Source: Nemertoderma westbladi (taxonomy: Eukaryota > Animalia > Xenacoelomorpha). Taken from it: a stretch of 64,000 nt of DNA. Positions 62,347 through 64,000 of this stretch are shown here, in pieces (the stretch's first letter is position 1; each line of letters opens with the position of its first letter). The stretch covers positions 8,742-72,741 of the forward strand of contig JAUCBJ010003233.1 in NCBI GenBank assembly GCA_032718475.1. The letters run 5' to 3'. Below the pieces are notes generated by a model. The model had not been told where the DNA came from. It saw only the letters and a list, made by a program, of their open reading frames with translations, and ran no database searches. The translations under genes were made by a program, and so were the position numbers.

Positions 62347-63957
62347 TGTTCGCGGTATTTCAACTTTCCATAACGCGAGTTGAATATTTTTGTATTTATT
62401 TAAAATTGATTATTCCGATATTACTACTGGGTGCGGGACCATGGGTTTTGGGCACATTCAATAAACTGGGGGCGATTTATGGGCGAACTTTGGGGCAACT
62501 TACAGGGTACGGGAATAATTTCATAGTTATAAGGGCCAGGGGGGATGGAAAATGCAAGCAGTATTCAGGTTAGCCTGAGTACTATTAGGCCCTGGCCAAC
62601 TTCCTGCTGCCTGTAGGGGTGGATTTGGTAATGCGCCAGGCCTAAAGGACAAGGACTGCCCTTAGCGGTCCCTGGCCAACAGCAGCCATTACGAGACTGA
62701 AAAGACCTCGGACCGCTGACTGCTTGTGTCAGGGATTTGCGACGGGCACCGACGGCCCCTTAGTAGCCAAGCCGTTCTGGTTCTCGATGATCGTTCCCTT
62801 CGGGGTTCGTGAGGGGTGGAGCGGACATGCGAACGGGTGGCCAACTAACGACTGCCCCCTGACCTAAGCCGTACTGGTTCTCGATGACCGATCCCTTCGG
62901 GGTTCGTGAGGGGTGGGACGGACATGCGAAAGGGCTGGCCACAGGACGGGTTTGACGAGAACTGCCCTTAGCGGTCTCTGGTCAACGGCAGCTACTACGA
63001 GACTGAAAAGAACTCGGAACGCTGACTGCTTGTACTGGGATTTGCGACGGGAACCGATGACAGACCCCTTAGCCAAGCCGTACTGGTTCTCGATGATCGT
63101 TCCCTTCGGGGTTCGTGAGGGGTGGAACGGACACGCGATGGGGTCGAAAGACAAAGGACTAGACTCGACTAGATTCTACAGGCCTACCGACTGTTCGGAA
63201 CAGTTTCTCGGCTGCCGAAGCGACTACGAGCCTGAAAGGGACTCGGAAAGCCTAGGTGGTTGGGTTTCTGCGATGAAACGACGGACACCTAGCCAAGCCG
63301 TTCTGGTTCTCGATGATCGAACCCTTCGGGGTTCGTGAGGGGTGGAACGGACACGCGAACGGGTCCACCGACACGACAGACTCCTAGCCAAGCCGTACTG
63401 GTTCTCGATGACCGATCCCTTCGGGGTTCGAGAGGGGTGGTACGGATACGCGACAGAGTCTACCGACTGGACCGACCCTTAACCAAGCCGGGCTGGTTCT
63501 CAATGATCGTTCCCTTCGGGGTTCGTGAGGGGTGGAACGGACACGCGACAGGGTCGACCGACACCGACACTACGGCACTAAGACTAGGACCGAGGGAAAA
63601 TCTGGGGAATATTAGGTAGGCTAAAATTCTGAGCGAACAGTGGGTAATTAAATAATATACTGTAGGGATTTATATTATCGTGTATAATTATTGTGAATAT
63701 TTGGTGTATATTGATTTGGGGAAGCCCAAAATTATTCTTAATCAAGTTTCAATGATGTTGAACAGGTTTCAACTATAGGAAGTTACATTAAAGAGTATAT
63801 CCAACTAATGCAGCTTTTTATCAACCGCAAACTTGCATCTCAGAAAACATTCCCTCCCCACAATCAATATCCGGTGACTGGCCGGGGCTCGGTGGTCTGT
63901 TAAGTCACGTCTCCAGCATCGGCGTTTTTCCCCCCTGGTGTAGGGATAACGGCAACA
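62347..63957 (+). repeat. 3' LTR (1611 bp), including six K-turn hairpins at 62772-63540
   Basis: Near-identical to 49399-51009 at offset 12948. Confidence 0.97.
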
Positions 63958-64000
63958 GTTGGACTAAGAGGCGGCAGATGAGATGACAATGTCGATGTTG
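63958..64000. repeat. 39-bp satellite resumes
   Basis: gttggactaagaggcggcagatgagatgacaatgtcgatg continues the interrupted monomer. Confidence 0.95.

Larger units (their letters stand above)
49399..63957 (+). mobile_element. Full-length young Bel/Pao LTR retrotransposon with extra ORFs
   Basis: TG...CA LTRs of 1611 bp each; TSD GTTGG at 49394-49398 and 63958-63962; gag-pol with Bel domain order. Confidence 0.97.

Overview
Eukaryotic (metazoan, probably invertebrate) repeat-dense DNA made of nested mobile elements. 1-~23.6 kb is a decaying Polinton/Maverick (adintovirus-like) element: pPolB, pseudo-dUTPase, TBP-like gene, packaging ATPase, integrase, two minor capsids, major capsid and adenain protease. 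It is interrupted by a 4.6-kb Transib (RAG1-family) transposon with a 5-bp TSD and asymmetric RSS-like ends (CACAGTG heptamer plus nonamer-like box, 12- vs 22-bp spacers). 23.6-30.3 kb holds a degraded minus-strand Bel/Pao remnant and an RTE LINE fragment enclosed by TIRs. At 31.8 kb is the last coding exon of a host branched-chain aminotransferase (minus strand), followed by an inverted pair of Penelope-type hammerhead ribozymes, a MULE-type MITE and a 15-kb 39-bp satellite. A young 14.6-kb Bel/Pao LTR retrotransposon (1611-bp LTRs, GTTGG TSD) sits in the satellite and is the most unusual object. It has no tRNA PBS but a 13-nt site complementary to its own LTR (Tf1-like self-priming), six K-turn/UUCG hairpins per LTR, and a GNRA/loop-E hairpin repeated in LTR, gag, pol and ORF2. 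It also has a triplicated structured intergenic RNA, a stop-start coupled uORF and an extra 866-aa DEDDy-exonuclease/zinc-knuckle ORF. All assignments are by eye from motifs; no searches were run.
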